Assembly: GCA_017656145.1 (NCBI GenBank)
Contig: JACDOI010000008.1
Coordinates: forward strand, 7,389-71,388
From: Bacillota bacterium
GTDB lineage: Bacteria; Bacillota; Limnochordia; Limnochordales; ZCTH02-B6
DNA length: 64,000 nucleotides
Direction of reading: 5' to 3'
How positions within the stretch are numbered: position 1 is the stretch's first letter; each line of letters begins with the position of its first letter. The notes beneath the pieces are model-generated. The model saw nothing but the letters and a program-made list of their open reading frames with translations. It searched no databases and had not been told where the DNA came from. The position numbers and the translations under genes were made by a program. This document shows, piece after piece, positions 16,706 to 25,455 of this stretch.

Positions 16706-18284
16706 CGGCCATTCGCCACCGGCTTCCCGCGGGCGTATCCTCTACGACGATGCCGAGTTCCCGAAGGCGATCCCGGATCCGATCGGCCGTCGCCCAGTCC
16801 CGCCGCTCGCGGGCTTCCCGGCGGACATCCAACAAAAGCTGCACCAAGTTGTCGACCAGCGCGGGCTGGTCCGGAGCGCCCGCCTCCTCAGCACCGAGGA
16901 CTCCCAACAGCTCCCCGCCGAACAGGCGGAACAGCGCCAGTGCACCCCCCAGCACCTCCACCGCCGCCGGTGCGGGTTTGCCCCGGCGAACGAGTTGCTC
17001 CCGGAAGCCGTTGGTCTCCCGGGCCAGGTCAAACAGCACCGCCAGTGCGGCGGCGGTGTTGAAGTCGTCGGCCATGGCCGCGTCAAACCGCTCCGGGACC
17101 GACACCAGCCCGTCCAGGTACCGCGCCCCTTCACCGTCCAATTCGGCCCGCCAGCGAGCCACGTCGCCCGGCCCGGCCAGCGCACCCGGAAGCCCGCCAT
17201 GATCTCGCAAGAACTGTTCCAAGCGGTGAACCGCGCTGTTGAGCCGCCGCCACCCGCGGGTCGCCTCGGCCAGCGCGCTGTCGGAAAATTCCAGCGGGCT
17301 GCGGTAGTGGGTGCTGAGCAACAAAAACCGCAACAGCGGCGCGGGATACCGAGCCAACAGCTCATCGATGCTGACCACGTTGCCAAGCGACTTGGACATC
17401 TTTTCGGCACCCATGTTCACCAGGCCATTGTGCACCCAAAAGCGAACAAACGGCTGCTGGCCGGTGTACGCCTCCGATTGGGCGATTTCATTTTCGTGAT
17501 GCGGAAAGACTAGATCCATCCCGCCGCCGTGGAAATCAAACCCGTTGCCCAAATATTTGAGCGACATGGCCGAACATTCGATGTGCCATCCCGGACGGCC
17601 CGGACCCCACGGGCTCTCCCAGGCGGGTTCGCCAGGCTTGGCCGCTTTCCAGAGGGCGAAATCCATCGGACTTCGCTTCCGCTCGTCGGCCTCAAAGCGG
17701 GTCCCCGCCATGAGCTCCTCGAGCCGTTGGCCGCTCAGCTTGCCGTAATCGGGAAACCGGGACACATCGAAGAACACGTCGCCTCCTACCTCGTACGCGA
17801 TTCCGCGTTCAATGAGCCCGGAGATCATCGCAATGATGTCCGGAATATGTTGGCTGACCTTCGGATAGTAGTCCGCGCCGCGAATGCCGAGGCGCCGCAT
17901 GGCCGAAAGGTATTGCTCCGAGTAGCGGGCTGCGAGTTCGACCGGATCTTCCCCCCTCTCCCGGGCCCTCTGGATGATCTTGTCGTCCACGTCGGTGAAG
18001 TTTTGCACCAGGGTTACCCGGTACCCCCGCCATTCGAGGTACTTGCGGATGACGGACCAAATGAGCGCAGGCCGGGCGTGACCGATATGGGCTTCGGCGT
18101 ACGGCGTAACGCCGCAGGCATAGATGCGCACATGTCCCGCTTCCGCCGGTTCAAACACGCCCTTGCTGCGGGAAAGCGTATTGTAGACCCGAATCGGCGA
18201 CGGCGTGCGCTCCAGGGCGAGCCAGCCGGCCGGCAGCCCTGCCTTCTGGGGGCTTGATGCCGTCGGCGCCGTTTTCGGCGACAT
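16698..18284 (-). CDS. cysS: Cysteine--tRNA ligase
   Basis: It carries class I aaRS motifs (HIGHARP, KMSKSLGN) and CysS-typical sequence (VYNTLSRSKGVFEP, WHIECSAM). The start was chosen at the ATG at 18284, 7 nt after AAGGAGG; the ATG at 18290 is also possible. Confidence 0.92.
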   Translation of the reverse strand: MSPKTAPTASSPQKAGLPAGWLALERTPSPIRVYNTLSRSKGVFEPAEAGHVRIYACGVTPYAEAHIGHARPALIWSVIRKYLEWRGYRVTLVQNFTDVDDKIIQRARERGEDPVELAARYSEQYLSAMRRLGIRGADYYPKVSQHIPDIIAMISGLIERGIAYEVGGDVFFDVSRFPDYGKLSGQRLEELMAGTRFEADERKRSPMDFALWKAAKPGEPAWESPWGPGRPGWHIECSAMSLKYLGNGFDFHGGGMDLVFPHHENEIAQSEAYTGQQPFVRFWVHNGLVNMGAEKMSKSLGNVVSIDELLARYPAPLLRFLLLSTHYRSPLEFSDSALAEATRGWRRLNSAVHRLEQFLRDHGGLPGALAGPGDVARWRAELDGEGARYLDGLVSVPERFDAAMADDFNTAAALAVLFDLARETNGFREQLVRRGKPAPAAVEVLGGALALFRLFGGELLGVLGAEEAGAPDQPALVDNLVQLLLDVRREARERRDWATADRIRDRLRELGIVVEDTPAGSRWRMADG

Positions 18285-18354
18285 GGACATTCCTCCTTGA
18301 CGACGTCCCGTCCCCACCCCGCCGGCAGCTGCCCGGCGGTGTCGCGCGTTTGGC

Positions 18355-19065
18355 TCACCGCTTTTGGGCGCAGCTTTCTTCTAGCGCCGGGACATGCCCC
18401 GGGCGGGGACGTTCAGCCAGCTGCCGCTCCAAGTCCCGGACCTTCGCTTCCAGGAACTCGATCCGGCGCTGCATGGCCCTGAGCGCCCGGTCGAGGGGGT
18501 CGGGCAGGTTCGCGTGATCCAGATCGATAACATCGAGCCGGCGCCCGTTTTCCCGAACGATCCGGCCGGGAACACCGACGACGGTTGAGTTGGGCGGCAC
18601 CTCCGAAAGGACTACGGAGCCAGCGCCGATGCGGGCATTGTCACCGACCCGGAATGAGCCTAAGACCGCGGCGCCGGCAGCGATCACGACGTTGTTCCCA
18701 ATGGTGGGATGGCGCTTGCCTTTTTCCTTGCCGGTTCCGCCCAGCACGACGCCTTGGTACAAGGTGACGTTTTCCCCGATCTCCGCGGTTTCGCCGATAA
18801 CGACGCCCATGCCGTGGTCGATGAAGCACCCTGGCCCGATGCGGGCAGCGGGATGAATCTCGATGCCGGTCAACAGTCGGGAGATGTGCGCAACGATGCG
18901 GGCCACCAAAAACAGCCGGTGCCGCCAGAGCCAATGGGCCAGCCGGTGCATCTGCAACGCATGGAAGCCGGGATAGACCAGCACCACTTCCAACCAGTGG
19001 CGGGCTGCCGGATCTCGCTCCAAGGCCGCAGCGATATCTCGCTTGATGGACTGCCACAGGCCCAA
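18355..19065 (-). CDS. cysE: Serine O-acetyltransferase
   Basis: It aligns by eye to B. subtilis CysE ([66 protein letters not shown]). I propose a TTG start at 19065, 6 nt after GGGGGAGGG. The track ORF runs 87 codons further, into the T-box leader. Confidence 0.88.
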   Translation of the reverse strand: MGLWQSIKRDIAAALERDPAARHWLEVVLVYPGFHALQMHRLAHWLWRHRLFLVARIVAHISRLLTGIEIHPAARIGPGCFIDHGMGVVIGETAEIGENVTLYQGVVLGGTGKEKGKRHPTIGNNVVIAAGAAVLGSFRVGDNARIGAGSVVLSEVPPNSTVVGVPGRIVRENGRRLDVIDLDHANLPDPLDRALRAMQRRIEFLEAKVRDLERQLAERPRPGHVPALEESCAQKR

Positions 19066-19182
19066 GGGGAACCCTCCCCCGCGCGTCTTGTCAGACCGAT
19101 GACTGCGCCGGCGAGCGGAACGGTCCTGGCGCTCTGCGTTCCGTCCCGCCTTCCCAATATCCCGCTTTGCCCCTTTGAGTAT

Positions 19183-19467
19183 GGAAAGAAAAAACTCCTC
19201 GTCTCCACCGGTGCAGAGACGGGAGCTTCCCGCGGTTCCACCCTGCTTGGGACGCGGCCCTTCACGGCCAGCCTCCCCGCTTTTGCGCGCTGTAACGGGC
19301 GCTCCCGTCCTGCGCCTACTCCGCACGGCTCGATGGACGGCGTTTCGGCGGGCAGCTCCGGGGGGCAGTTCGCATCTCCGACGCCCAGGCCGCTTCCAGC
19401 CGGCGGCGGCCCTCTCTGGTGAGCGTTTCCCGGGATGCTACTCGGTCCCCATCATCGCTTTAGGCTG
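19183..19467 (-). promoter_or_regulatory. T-box riboswitch leader (probable Cys specifier UGC) with intrinsic terminator, controlling cysE-cysS
   Basis: The minus strand contains AGCGATGA...GAGTAGC (GA/AGUA elements), CCAGAGAG (AG bay), GGCTGGAAGC (distal loop), GAGATGCGAA (candidate specifier region), CCCGTTACA (F-box) and AGCAGGGTGGAACCGCGGGA (T-box sequence). The terminator follows: CTCCCGTCTC-N10-GAGACGAGGAG then TTTTTTCTTTCC. Confidence 0.85.
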
Positions 19468-19473
19468 CCCCGA

Positions 19474-19502
19474 ATTATACCACATGCGACCTTGCTGTCA
19501 AG
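19474..19502 (-). promoter_or_regulatory. Canonical sigma-A promoter of the cysE-cysS T-box leader (TTGACA-N17-TATAAT, TG-extended)
   Basis: The minus strand reads CCTTGACAGCAAGGTCGCATGTGGTATAATTCGG. Confidence 0.8.
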
Positions 19503-19605
19503 GCCGGCGAGGACGGATGCCGCGATGGTCCAGCGGGGCCGGAGCCTCCGCCGCCGGTGATCGCGTTCCGGCCCTTCTCCCTTGGCTTGGCTCATCGCCG
19601 ATCCG

Positions 19606-19623
19606 CTTCTTGACCCAGAGCAA
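19606..19623 (+). repeat. Left copy of an imperfect direct repeat (cttcttgAcccagagcAa) at the left edge of the low-GC island
   Basis: 16 of 18 positions are identical to 24244..24261. It coincides with the drop in GC content. Confidence 0.5.
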
Positions 19624-19781
19624 TCTGTCTCTCTTGAATGGTTGAAGGATTGCGAGCAGCTATGAACGAAACAATTAATTGTTGAAGAACAGAGTGGATT
19701 GCGGTCTTTAAAACAAAGGAGGCGATCTATCAAAACTTATCTATCGATTCACACCGAAAACATTTCCGAACGCCTGCATAT

Positions 19782-19791
19782 CGCATATGCG
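19782..19791 (+). promoter_or_regulatory. Perfect 10-bp palindrome CGCATATGCG about 85 nt upstream of acoA; candidate regulator site
   Basis: Read directly from the sequence. It is preceded by a GCATAT direct repeat and by two ATCTATC copies (19725-19731 and 19739-19745). Confidence 0.3.
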
Positions 19792-19874
19792 CATTCACGG
19801 TTAAGGTGCCTACGGCGGCGTGGAGCATTGGGATTCGCATTTCAGTACTCGAAACCACAGGGGGGGCGGAAGTT

Positions 19875-20873
19875 GTGAGCATTCCAAGACCCAAGCTTCT
19901 CGAGATGTATCGTGATATGGTGACCATCCGCCTCTATGAGGAGACCATGGCCGAGGCGTATTTGGAGGGGAAACAGCCTGTCTTCAACATCGCAGCGGGT
20001 CCAGTTCCCGGCGAGATGCACCTGGCGGCCGGACAGGAGCCGGTCGCTGTCGGCGTCTGTGCCCATCTTCGGAACGATGACGCGGTTGTTGGAACCCACC
20101 GGCCGCACCACTTTGCCATAGCCAAAGGCGTGGACCTGCGAAAGATGACAGCGGAAATTTTCGGCAAGGTGACGGGCTTGGGGCGTGGGAAAGGTGGCCA
20201 CATGCATCTTTTCGATCCCGATGTCCACTTCAGTTGCAGCGGGATAGTGGGCGCCGGGATCCCGCAAGCTGTCGGAGCGGCCCTTGCCTTCAAGAAAAGG
20301 AATGAAGATCACGTAGCCGTTGCCTTCTTCGGTGAGGGCGCTGCTAACCAGGGAGCGTTTCATGAAGGGCTGAACCTGGCTGCCCTTTGGCGACTTCCTG
20401 TCATTTTCGTCGTGGAAGATAACAGCTACGCGATCTCCGTGCCTAAGAGTGCATCCACTCCGATTGCGACGAACGCGGACCGGGCGGCTGCTTATGGAAT
20501 CCCCGGTGTTTACGTAGACGACAATGACGTGCTAGCAGTTTACGAGACCGCAGGAGAAGCGGTCGCTCGCGCGCGCGGTGGCGAGGGGCCGACGCTGATT
20601 GAGGTCAAGACGCACCGGTATTTTGGACACTTCCAGGGTGACCCGGAGGTCTATCGCCCCAAGGATGAAGTGGCTCAGCTGAAAGCCAATGACCCGATAA
20701 AGCGGTTCCGAGAGTATCTTGTACAATCGAGCCCTGATTCGACAAATCCGGAAGCGGACATCGTGCAGATGGAGACCGAAGCTCGACAGCGCGTAGAAGA
20801 CGCCTTTGCGTTCGCCCGTGAGTCCGATTACCCGGCCCCGGAGGAAGCTCTACTTCACGTGTTCGTAGACTAA
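19875..20873 (+). CDS. acoA: TPP-dependent 2-oxoacid/acetoin dehydrogenase E1 alpha subunit (AcoA-like)
   Basis: AcoA-like motifs are present: GEMHLAAGQEPVAVG, THRPHHFAIAKG, GKGGHMHLFD, FFGEGAANQGAFHEGLNLAALWRLPVIFVVEDNSYA. The GTG start at 19875 follows a G-rich SD. The gene is visibly lower in GC than its flanks. Confidence 0.75.
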   Translation: MSIPRPKLLEMYRDMVTIRLYEETMAEAYLEGKQPVFNIAAGPVPGEMHLAAGQEPVAVGVCAHLRNDDAVVGTHRPHHFAIAKGVDLRKMTAEIFGKVTGLGRGKGGHMHLFDPDVHFSCSGIVGAGIPQAVGAALAFKKRNEDHVAVAFFGEGAANQGAFHEGLNLAALWRLPVIFVVEDNSYAISVPKSASTPIATNADRAAAYGIPGVYVDDNDVLAVYETAGEAVARARGGEGPTLIEVKTHRYFGHFQGDPEVYRPKDEVAQLKANDPIKRFREYLVQSSPDSTNPEADIVQMETEARQRVEDAFAFARESDYPAPEEALLHVFVD

Positions 20874-20893
20874 TCAGAAAGGGCGGTACCACC

Positions 20894-21907
20894 ATGAATA
20901 CGAGCCGGAAGTTAACGATGGCGAGAGCCATTTCAGAGGCAATCGCCCAAGAAATTGAGCGGGACGATCGCGTCTTTGTCATGGGCGAGGACGTCGGTAT
21001 CTACGGCGGCATCTTTAGCGCCACCGCGGGCCTCTACGAAAAGTTCGGTCCAGAGCAGGTCATGGACACGCCCATCTCTGAGACAGGATTTATCGGAGCA
21101 GCTTTAGGTTTGGCCATGGAGGGTATGCGGCCCATCGTTGAGTTGATGTTTGTTGATTTCTTTGGCGTTTGCATGGACCAGATTTATAATCACATCGCCA
21201 AAAACATCTACTTTTCCGGAGGCAATGTCAGGGTACCGCTGGTCCTGATGACGGCAACCGGCGGTGGCTATAACGATGCAGGACAGCATTCTCAGTGCCT
21301 GTGGGGAACATTCGCCCATCTTCCCGGCTTGAAGGTCGTGATTCCATCAACTCCCTTCGACGCAAAAGGATTGATGATTTCTGCCATTCGAGACGATAAC
21401 CCGGTCATCTACATGTTCCACAAGGGGTTAATGGGCCTTGGTTGGATGACCCTCATCAAGGACACTACCGGACCTGTTCCCGAGGAACCGTACACAATTC
21501 CGTTTGGAAGGGCCGATATCAAGAGGGAAGGCAATGACGTCACCATCATCAGTGTGTCCATGGGTGTATATCAATCTCTTGAGGCGGCGAAAGAGCTTGA
21601 ACGGGCTGGGATAAGCGCGGAAGTAATCGACCTTCGAACCTTAGTCCCGCTAGACCGAGAGACAATCGCTGAGTCGGTGAAGAAAACCCGTCGTGTACTG
21701 GTTGTAGACGAAGACTACCTGTCATACGGCATGACTGGAGAAATTGCGGCTACAGTCATGGAGTTGGCCTTCGACTATTTGGATGCGCCGGTTAAGCGCC
21801 TGGCAGTTCCCGATGTGCCGATTCCTTATTCCCGGCCGCTGGAGCAGTTCGTGTTGCCTTCCGCCCCAAAGATCGTTGAGGCGGTCAAGGAACTGTTGTA
21901 CTCGTAG
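20894..21907 (+). CDS. acoB: 2-oxoacid/acetoin dehydrogenase E1 beta subunit (AcoB-like)
   Basis: 337 aa with a transketolase-like pyrimidine-binding domain and C-terminal domain (VFVMGEDVG, VMDTPISETGFIGAALG, PVIYMFHKGL). Confidence 0.8.
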   Translation: MNTSRKLTMARAISEAIAQEIERDDRVFVMGEDVGIYGGIFSATAGLYEKFGPEQVMDTPISETGFIGAALGLAMEGMRPIVELMFVDFFGVCMDQIYNHIAKNIYFSGGNVRVPLVLMTATGGGYNDAGQHSQCLWGTFAHLPGLKVVIPSTPFDAKGLMISAIRDDNPVIYMFHKGLMGLGWMTLIKDTTGPVPEEPYTIPFGRADIKREGNDVTIISVSMGVYQSLEAAKELERAGISAEVIDLRTLVPLDRETIAESVKKTRRVLVVDEDYLSYGMTGEIAATVMELAFDYLDAPVKRLAVPDVPIPYSRPLEQFVLPSAPKIVEAVKELLYS

Positions 21908-22083
21908 ACCGGGAGATTCTCGGTTATTTGTATTTGTTGCGTCATGAACCGGGCTAGTAGCGGCCCTGGCGGCTGGTATCGTTGCCGCGGCAGTGAGTCT
22001 TTTCAGCACCCTGTGCGAGCGGGATGGCTTGCGCGGGGTTGCTGAGTTTCACGGGGCTACGACGATAGGATGGGGTGACGAGA

Positions 22084-23274
22084 GTGTCATTGGAGTTCCG
22101 ATTGCCTATGGACGTCGCGCAGGACAGCAGCAGCGAAGGATTTGTCGTGAACTGGTTCAAGGAGGAGGGGGATACGGTTCGTTCCGGACAACTGTTGTTG
22201 GAAGTGCAGTTTGATAAGGTGAGCATAGAAATTGATGCCCCAACCGATGGTGTGCTTGTGAAAATCCTGGTTCCCCAAGGAGAAGTGGTCAGACCAGGTC
22301 AGCCACTGTGCATGATCGAGGAGGAAAAGAAGGCAGGGGAACTCGTTTCAACTGGCGGAGCCTCACACGCCTCACAAAGCACCGGCGGGCCAACGGGATC
22401 CCAAGGGGAAAAGGCAGAAGCGGCTACCCAAGGTCGGGGCCGCACGGAGCTTCGTTCGACCCCCGCCGCTCGCCGTCTCGCGCGGGAACTGGGCATACCA
22501 CTGGAGGAGGTCCGTGGGAGTGGTCCCGGTGGGCGAATCACCGAAGCCGACGTGCGGACCCACGCGGCCAACGCGACCTCTTCCAAGGTTGCAACGGACG
22601 TACGCCGTGAACGCCTCTCGCCGGCACAGCGCGCCACCGGTCAACGAATGCTGGAAAGCTTGCGGACCGCAGCCCAATACACGCTGGGACGGCAAGTGAA
22701 CGTAACGGCGCTTGTGAAGCTGCGAGAGGAGTTGAAGCGGTCCGGTTCGCCGGTCACGCTGTCGGATCTGTACCATAGGGCAGTCATCATGGCCCTTCTC
22801 GAGCACCCTAGGCTTCAGTCGAGGCTGGAAGGGGATGAAGTATTCATACCCAGCGGGGTCAACCTAGGATTTGCGGTCGCACGGGGTGAGGACCTGCTTG
22901 TTCCCGTCATCCGGGACGCCCACAAACTGAGTCTCGAAGAATTGGCTGCGGCGCGTCGTCGCCTTACGGGAGCGGCGCTGGAGGGACGTGTCGAGAGGGA
23001 AGAACTCACGGGAGGAACATTTACCGTAACCAATCTGGGTCCGTACGGGGTCGACTTCTTCACGCCAGTCATCAATCCACCCGAGCCCGCGATCCTGGGT
23101 GTGGGACGCATTGTGCGGCAACTGGTGTTGGATGAAGACGTTCGTGTTGCTCCCTTCATTACACTGAGTCTGACGGTGGACCACCGGGTGGTGAATGGAG
23201 CACCGGCATCAGTCTTCTTGACTCGGGTCGCCGAACTTCTGGCGGCACCTGAGGATTTGATCTCAAATGGCTAG
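22084..23274 (+). CDS. acoC: Dihydrolipoamide acyltransferase E2 (AcoC-like)
   Basis: It has a lipoyl domain (LLEVQFDKVSIEIDAP), an E3/E1-binding domain (STPAARRLARELGIPLEEVRGSGPGGRITEADV) and a catalytic domain (LSLTVDHRVVNGA). The start is the GTG at 22084 or at 22075. Confidence 0.8.
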   Translation: MSLEFRLPMDVAQDSSSEGFVVNWFKEEGDTVRSGQLLLEVQFDKVSIEIDAPTDGVLVKILVPQGEVVRPGQPLCMIEEEKKAGELVSTGGASHASQSTGGPTGSQGEKAEAATQGRGRTELRSTPAARRLARELGIPLEEVRGSGPGGRITEADVRTHAANATSSKVATDVRRERLSPAQRATGQRMLESLRTAAQYTLGRQVNVTALVKLREELKRSGSPVTLSDLYHRAVIMALLEHPRLQSRLEGDEVFIPSGVNLGFAVARGEDLLVPVIRDAHKLSLEELAAARRRLTGAALEGRVEREELTGGTFTVTNLGPYGVDFFTPVINPPEPAILGVGRIVRQLVLDEDVRVAPFITLSLTVDHRVVNGAPASVFLTRVAELLAAPEDLISNG

Positions 23275-24223
23275 GCCTGTTGGCATCATTGCGAACCCGT
23301 TTTCTGGTACCGATATCCGGCGGATCGTGTCGCGCGCGTCGAGCAGTGACAACCTGCACAAGGTGCAAATGCTGCAGTGCGTGCTCGTCGGTCTCATCGA
23401 GGCGGGTGTACAGGAGGTCTTATACCTTCCCGACCCGTCCAATCTAGTGCCGGCTGCATACTGGGCTCTCCGCCACGCGCTGCGGGAACAGTTGACGATC
23501 AAACCTGTACTGGACGAATGTCGGGGAGAACGAAGAGAGACCTCCCTTGCAACTGCGGCCATGGTTCGCAAGGGCGCAGGCGCTATCGTAACCCTTGGAG
23601 GCGACGGCACCGTCCGCCTGGTAGCCAAGACGGCGCGCGATGTGCCACTGATGCCGCTTCCTGCCGGTACAAACAATGTTTTTCCGATTTGCGTTGAGCC
23701 CACGATTGCTGGTTTGGCTGCGGGTGTTGTAGCTGTGGGCGGTGACGCCTCGCGTTGCCACCGTGCGAAGGTGTGCCGCGTCTTTGTGGGGGATGACGTC
23801 GACCTGGCGCTGATCGATGTGGCCCTCTTGGATGCTTCCTTTACGGGCAGCCGTGCTATTTGGGAACCTGCCAGGCTGCGGGCACTTGTGGTGAGTCAGG
23901 GGCTTCGCCATGCGGTGGGGTTGTCTGCGATAGCGGGCCAGGTTTGCCCCGTTGGGCTAGAGGATCAAGCGGGGGCCTACATCCGATTTGGTACGGGACA
24001 GACGGTTCGAGCGCCGATCGCTCCAGGCCAATTTGCTGAGGTATCCGTTGCTGAGAAACGGCGGATCCCGTGTGGGGCCGAGATCTTGCTTGGGCGAGGT
24101 CCCGGAGTGCTAGCCTGTGATGGGGAACGGATTCGTGTGGTTGGGACCAACGTTCCGGTCGGCGTCGAAGTGAGCTCAGAGGGTCCGCTGGTCATCGAGC
24201 CTGCTGTGGTGCTGCAACGGTGA
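23267..24223 (+). CDS. acoX: ATP-NAD kinase/diacylglycerol-kinase-fold protein, AcoX-like
   Basis: 318 aa with the GGDGT motif (IVTLGGDGTVRLVA). Its start overlaps the E2 stop. Its association with aco-type E1/E2 genes resembles acoX in acoXABC operons. Confidence 0.55.
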   Translation: MARPVGIIANPFSGTDIRRIVSRASSSDNLHKVQMLQCVLVGLIEAGVQEVLYLPDPSNLVPAAYWALRHALREQLTIKPVLDECRGERRETSLATAAMVRKGAGAIVTLGGDGTVRLVAKTARDVPLMPLPAGTNNVFPICVEPTIAGLAAGVVAVGGDASRCHRAKVCRVFVGDDVDLALIDVALLDASFTGSRAIWEPARLRALVVSQGLRHAVGLSAIAGQVCPVGLEDQAGAYIRFGTGQTVRAPIAPGQFAEVSVAEKRRIPCGAEILLGRGPGVLACDGERIRVVGTNVPVGVEVSSEGPLVIEPAVVLQR

Positions 24224-24243
24224 TGTTGCATCGTCGACCCACA

Positions 24244-24261
24244 CTTCTTGCCCCAGAGCCA
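24244..24261 (+). repeat. Right copy of the imperfect direct repeat (cttcttgCcccagagcCa), 21 nt after the acoX-like stop
   Basis: 16 of 18 positions are identical to 19606..19623. It marks the right edge of the low-GC segment. Confidence 0.5.
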
Positions 24262-24361
24262 CCCGGAGAGAATTATCCGACATCTTCGCGCTGACCAGGG
24301 ATCGCCGTGCCGAACGTGGAAGGAAAAATAGGTTTCCCACTTCGCCGGGAGTAGGTTGTTG

Positions 24362-24376
24362 GGGAACGAAGTTCCC
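24362..24376 (+). promoter_or_regulatory. Palindrome GGGAAC-GAA-GTTCCC next to a TGGTATAAG -10-like element, upstream of pdhA
   Basis: It has perfect 6-bp arms and lies 67 nt upstream of the pdhA ATG. The extended -10-like TGGTATAAG follows at 24382-24390. Confidence 0.35.
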
Positions 24377-24442
24377 TCCTCTGGTATAAGGGATCCTGTG
24401 CCCGTTAGAGACTAGCGCGGGACTGGAAAGCGAGGGGATAGG

Positions 24443-25444
24443 ATGTCCGCGGATCGGCAGAAAGTCGCCAGCGTGCCGTCCCAAAGGTCTAAGGACCAAT
24501 TTCTCGAACTGTATCGACAAATGGTCCTCATCCGGCGATTCGAGGAGCGGGCGGCCGAGGCGTATACCCAAGGCAAGATCGGCGGGTTCCTTCATCTGGC
24601 CATCGGCGAGGAGCCGGCCAATGTGGGCGTCATGGCCGCCCTGCGGTCCGACGACGATGTGTTCACCCACTACCGCAGCCACGGCCAGGCTCTGGCCCGG
24701 GGCATGGATCCCAAGGCAGTCATGGCTGAGCTGTTCGGCCGGGCCACCGGCGTGTCCAAGGGCCGGGGCGGCTCGATGCACTTGGCCAGCCTCGAGCACC
24801 ACTTCTGGGGAGGCTACGCGATCGTCGGCGGGCACATCCCGATGGCGGTCGGGATGGCCGTGGCCCACCAGTACACCGGTTCCGACCGGGTGGTCGTCTG
24901 CATCTTCGGCGACGGTGCGGTCAACACCGGCGCGTTTCACGAGGCCCTGAACATGGCCGGGGTGTGGCGGCTGCCCATCGTGTTCGTCGTTTCCAACAAC
25001 CTGTACGGCATGGGCACGGCCATCAACCGCTCATCCGCCGTTACGGAAGTGTACAAGCGGGCGGCCGCGTACAACATGCCGGGCGTGCGGGCCAACGGCA
25101 ACGACGTTCTGGAAACCGAGGCCACGGTTCGGGAAGCGGTGGAAAAAGCTCGGGCGGGCGAAGGCCCGTCACTGGTCGAGCTGATGACATACCGGTTCCG
25201 GGGCCACTCCATGGCTGACCCCGAGCTATACCGTTCCAAAGAGGAAGTAGAGCAATGGAAAGCCCGGGACCCGATCGCGGCATTCCGCCGGCGGCTCGAA
25301 GAGGAGGGCATCGCAACGGCCGCGGAGTTCGAGGCCATCGACCGGCGCGTGGCAGAGACCGTCGATGAGGCGGTGCGGTTTGCCAACGAGAGCCCCGAAC
25401 CGGATCCCGCCACACTGTTCGACCACGTATACGTCAACCCGTGA
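24443..25444 (+). CDS. pdhA: Pyruvate/2-oxoacid dehydrogenase E1 alpha subunit
   Basis: 333 aa with FLHLAIGEEPANVG, THYRSHGQALARG, GRGGSMHL and the TPP motif CIFGDGAVNTGAFHEALNMAGVWRLPIVFVVSNNLYGMGT. Confidence 0.85.
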   Translation: MSADRQKVASVPSQRSKDQFLELYRQMVLIRRFEERAAEAYTQGKIGGFLHLAIGEEPANVGVMAALRSDDDVFTHYRSHGQALARGMDPKAVMAELFGRATGVSKGRGGSMHLASLEHHFWGGYAIVGGHIPMAVGMAVAHQYTGSDRVVVCIFGDGAVNTGAFHEALNMAGVWRLPIVFVVSNNLYGMGTAINRSSAVTEVYKRAAAYNMPGVRANGNDVLETEATVREAVEKARAGEGPSLVELMTYRFRGHSMADPELYRSKEEVEQWKARDPIAAFRRRLEEEGIATAAEFEAIDRRVAETVDEAVRFANESPEPDPATLFDHVYVNP

Positions 25445-25455
25445 GGAAGGATGGG

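Noticed and set aside
19452-19733. A 93-aa minus-strand ORF between the aco island and cysE
   Set aside because: It runs across the cysE promoter and the first part of the T-box leader. It has no SD and a low-complexity, Arg-rich C-terminus.
19806-19875. Sigma-54 (-24/-12) promoter upstream of acoA (TGGAGC...TCGCA at about 19827-19846)
   Set aside because: The GG-to-GC spacing is 15 nt rather than the required 12, and neither element matches the consensus well. No AcoR-like activator is present in the window.
19729-19878. A roughly 49-codon leader ORF behind the strong AAAGGAGG, ending in a TGA that overlaps the acoA GTG
   Set aside because: The only codon at SD distance is ATC. There is no ATG, GTG or TTG until far downstream. 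I kept it as a note inside a finding but do not call it a CDS.
21908-22083. ORFs 21954..22226(-) and 21993..22214(+) in the 176-nt acoB-acoC gap, and a possible terminator CCGGGAG-ATT-CTCGG followed by a T-rich run at 21909-21940
   Set aside because: Both ORFs overlap the lipoyl domain of E2 in other frames and lack motifs. The hairpin has only about 5 bp with a bulge. It may be a weak attenuator, but I cannot support it as a feature.
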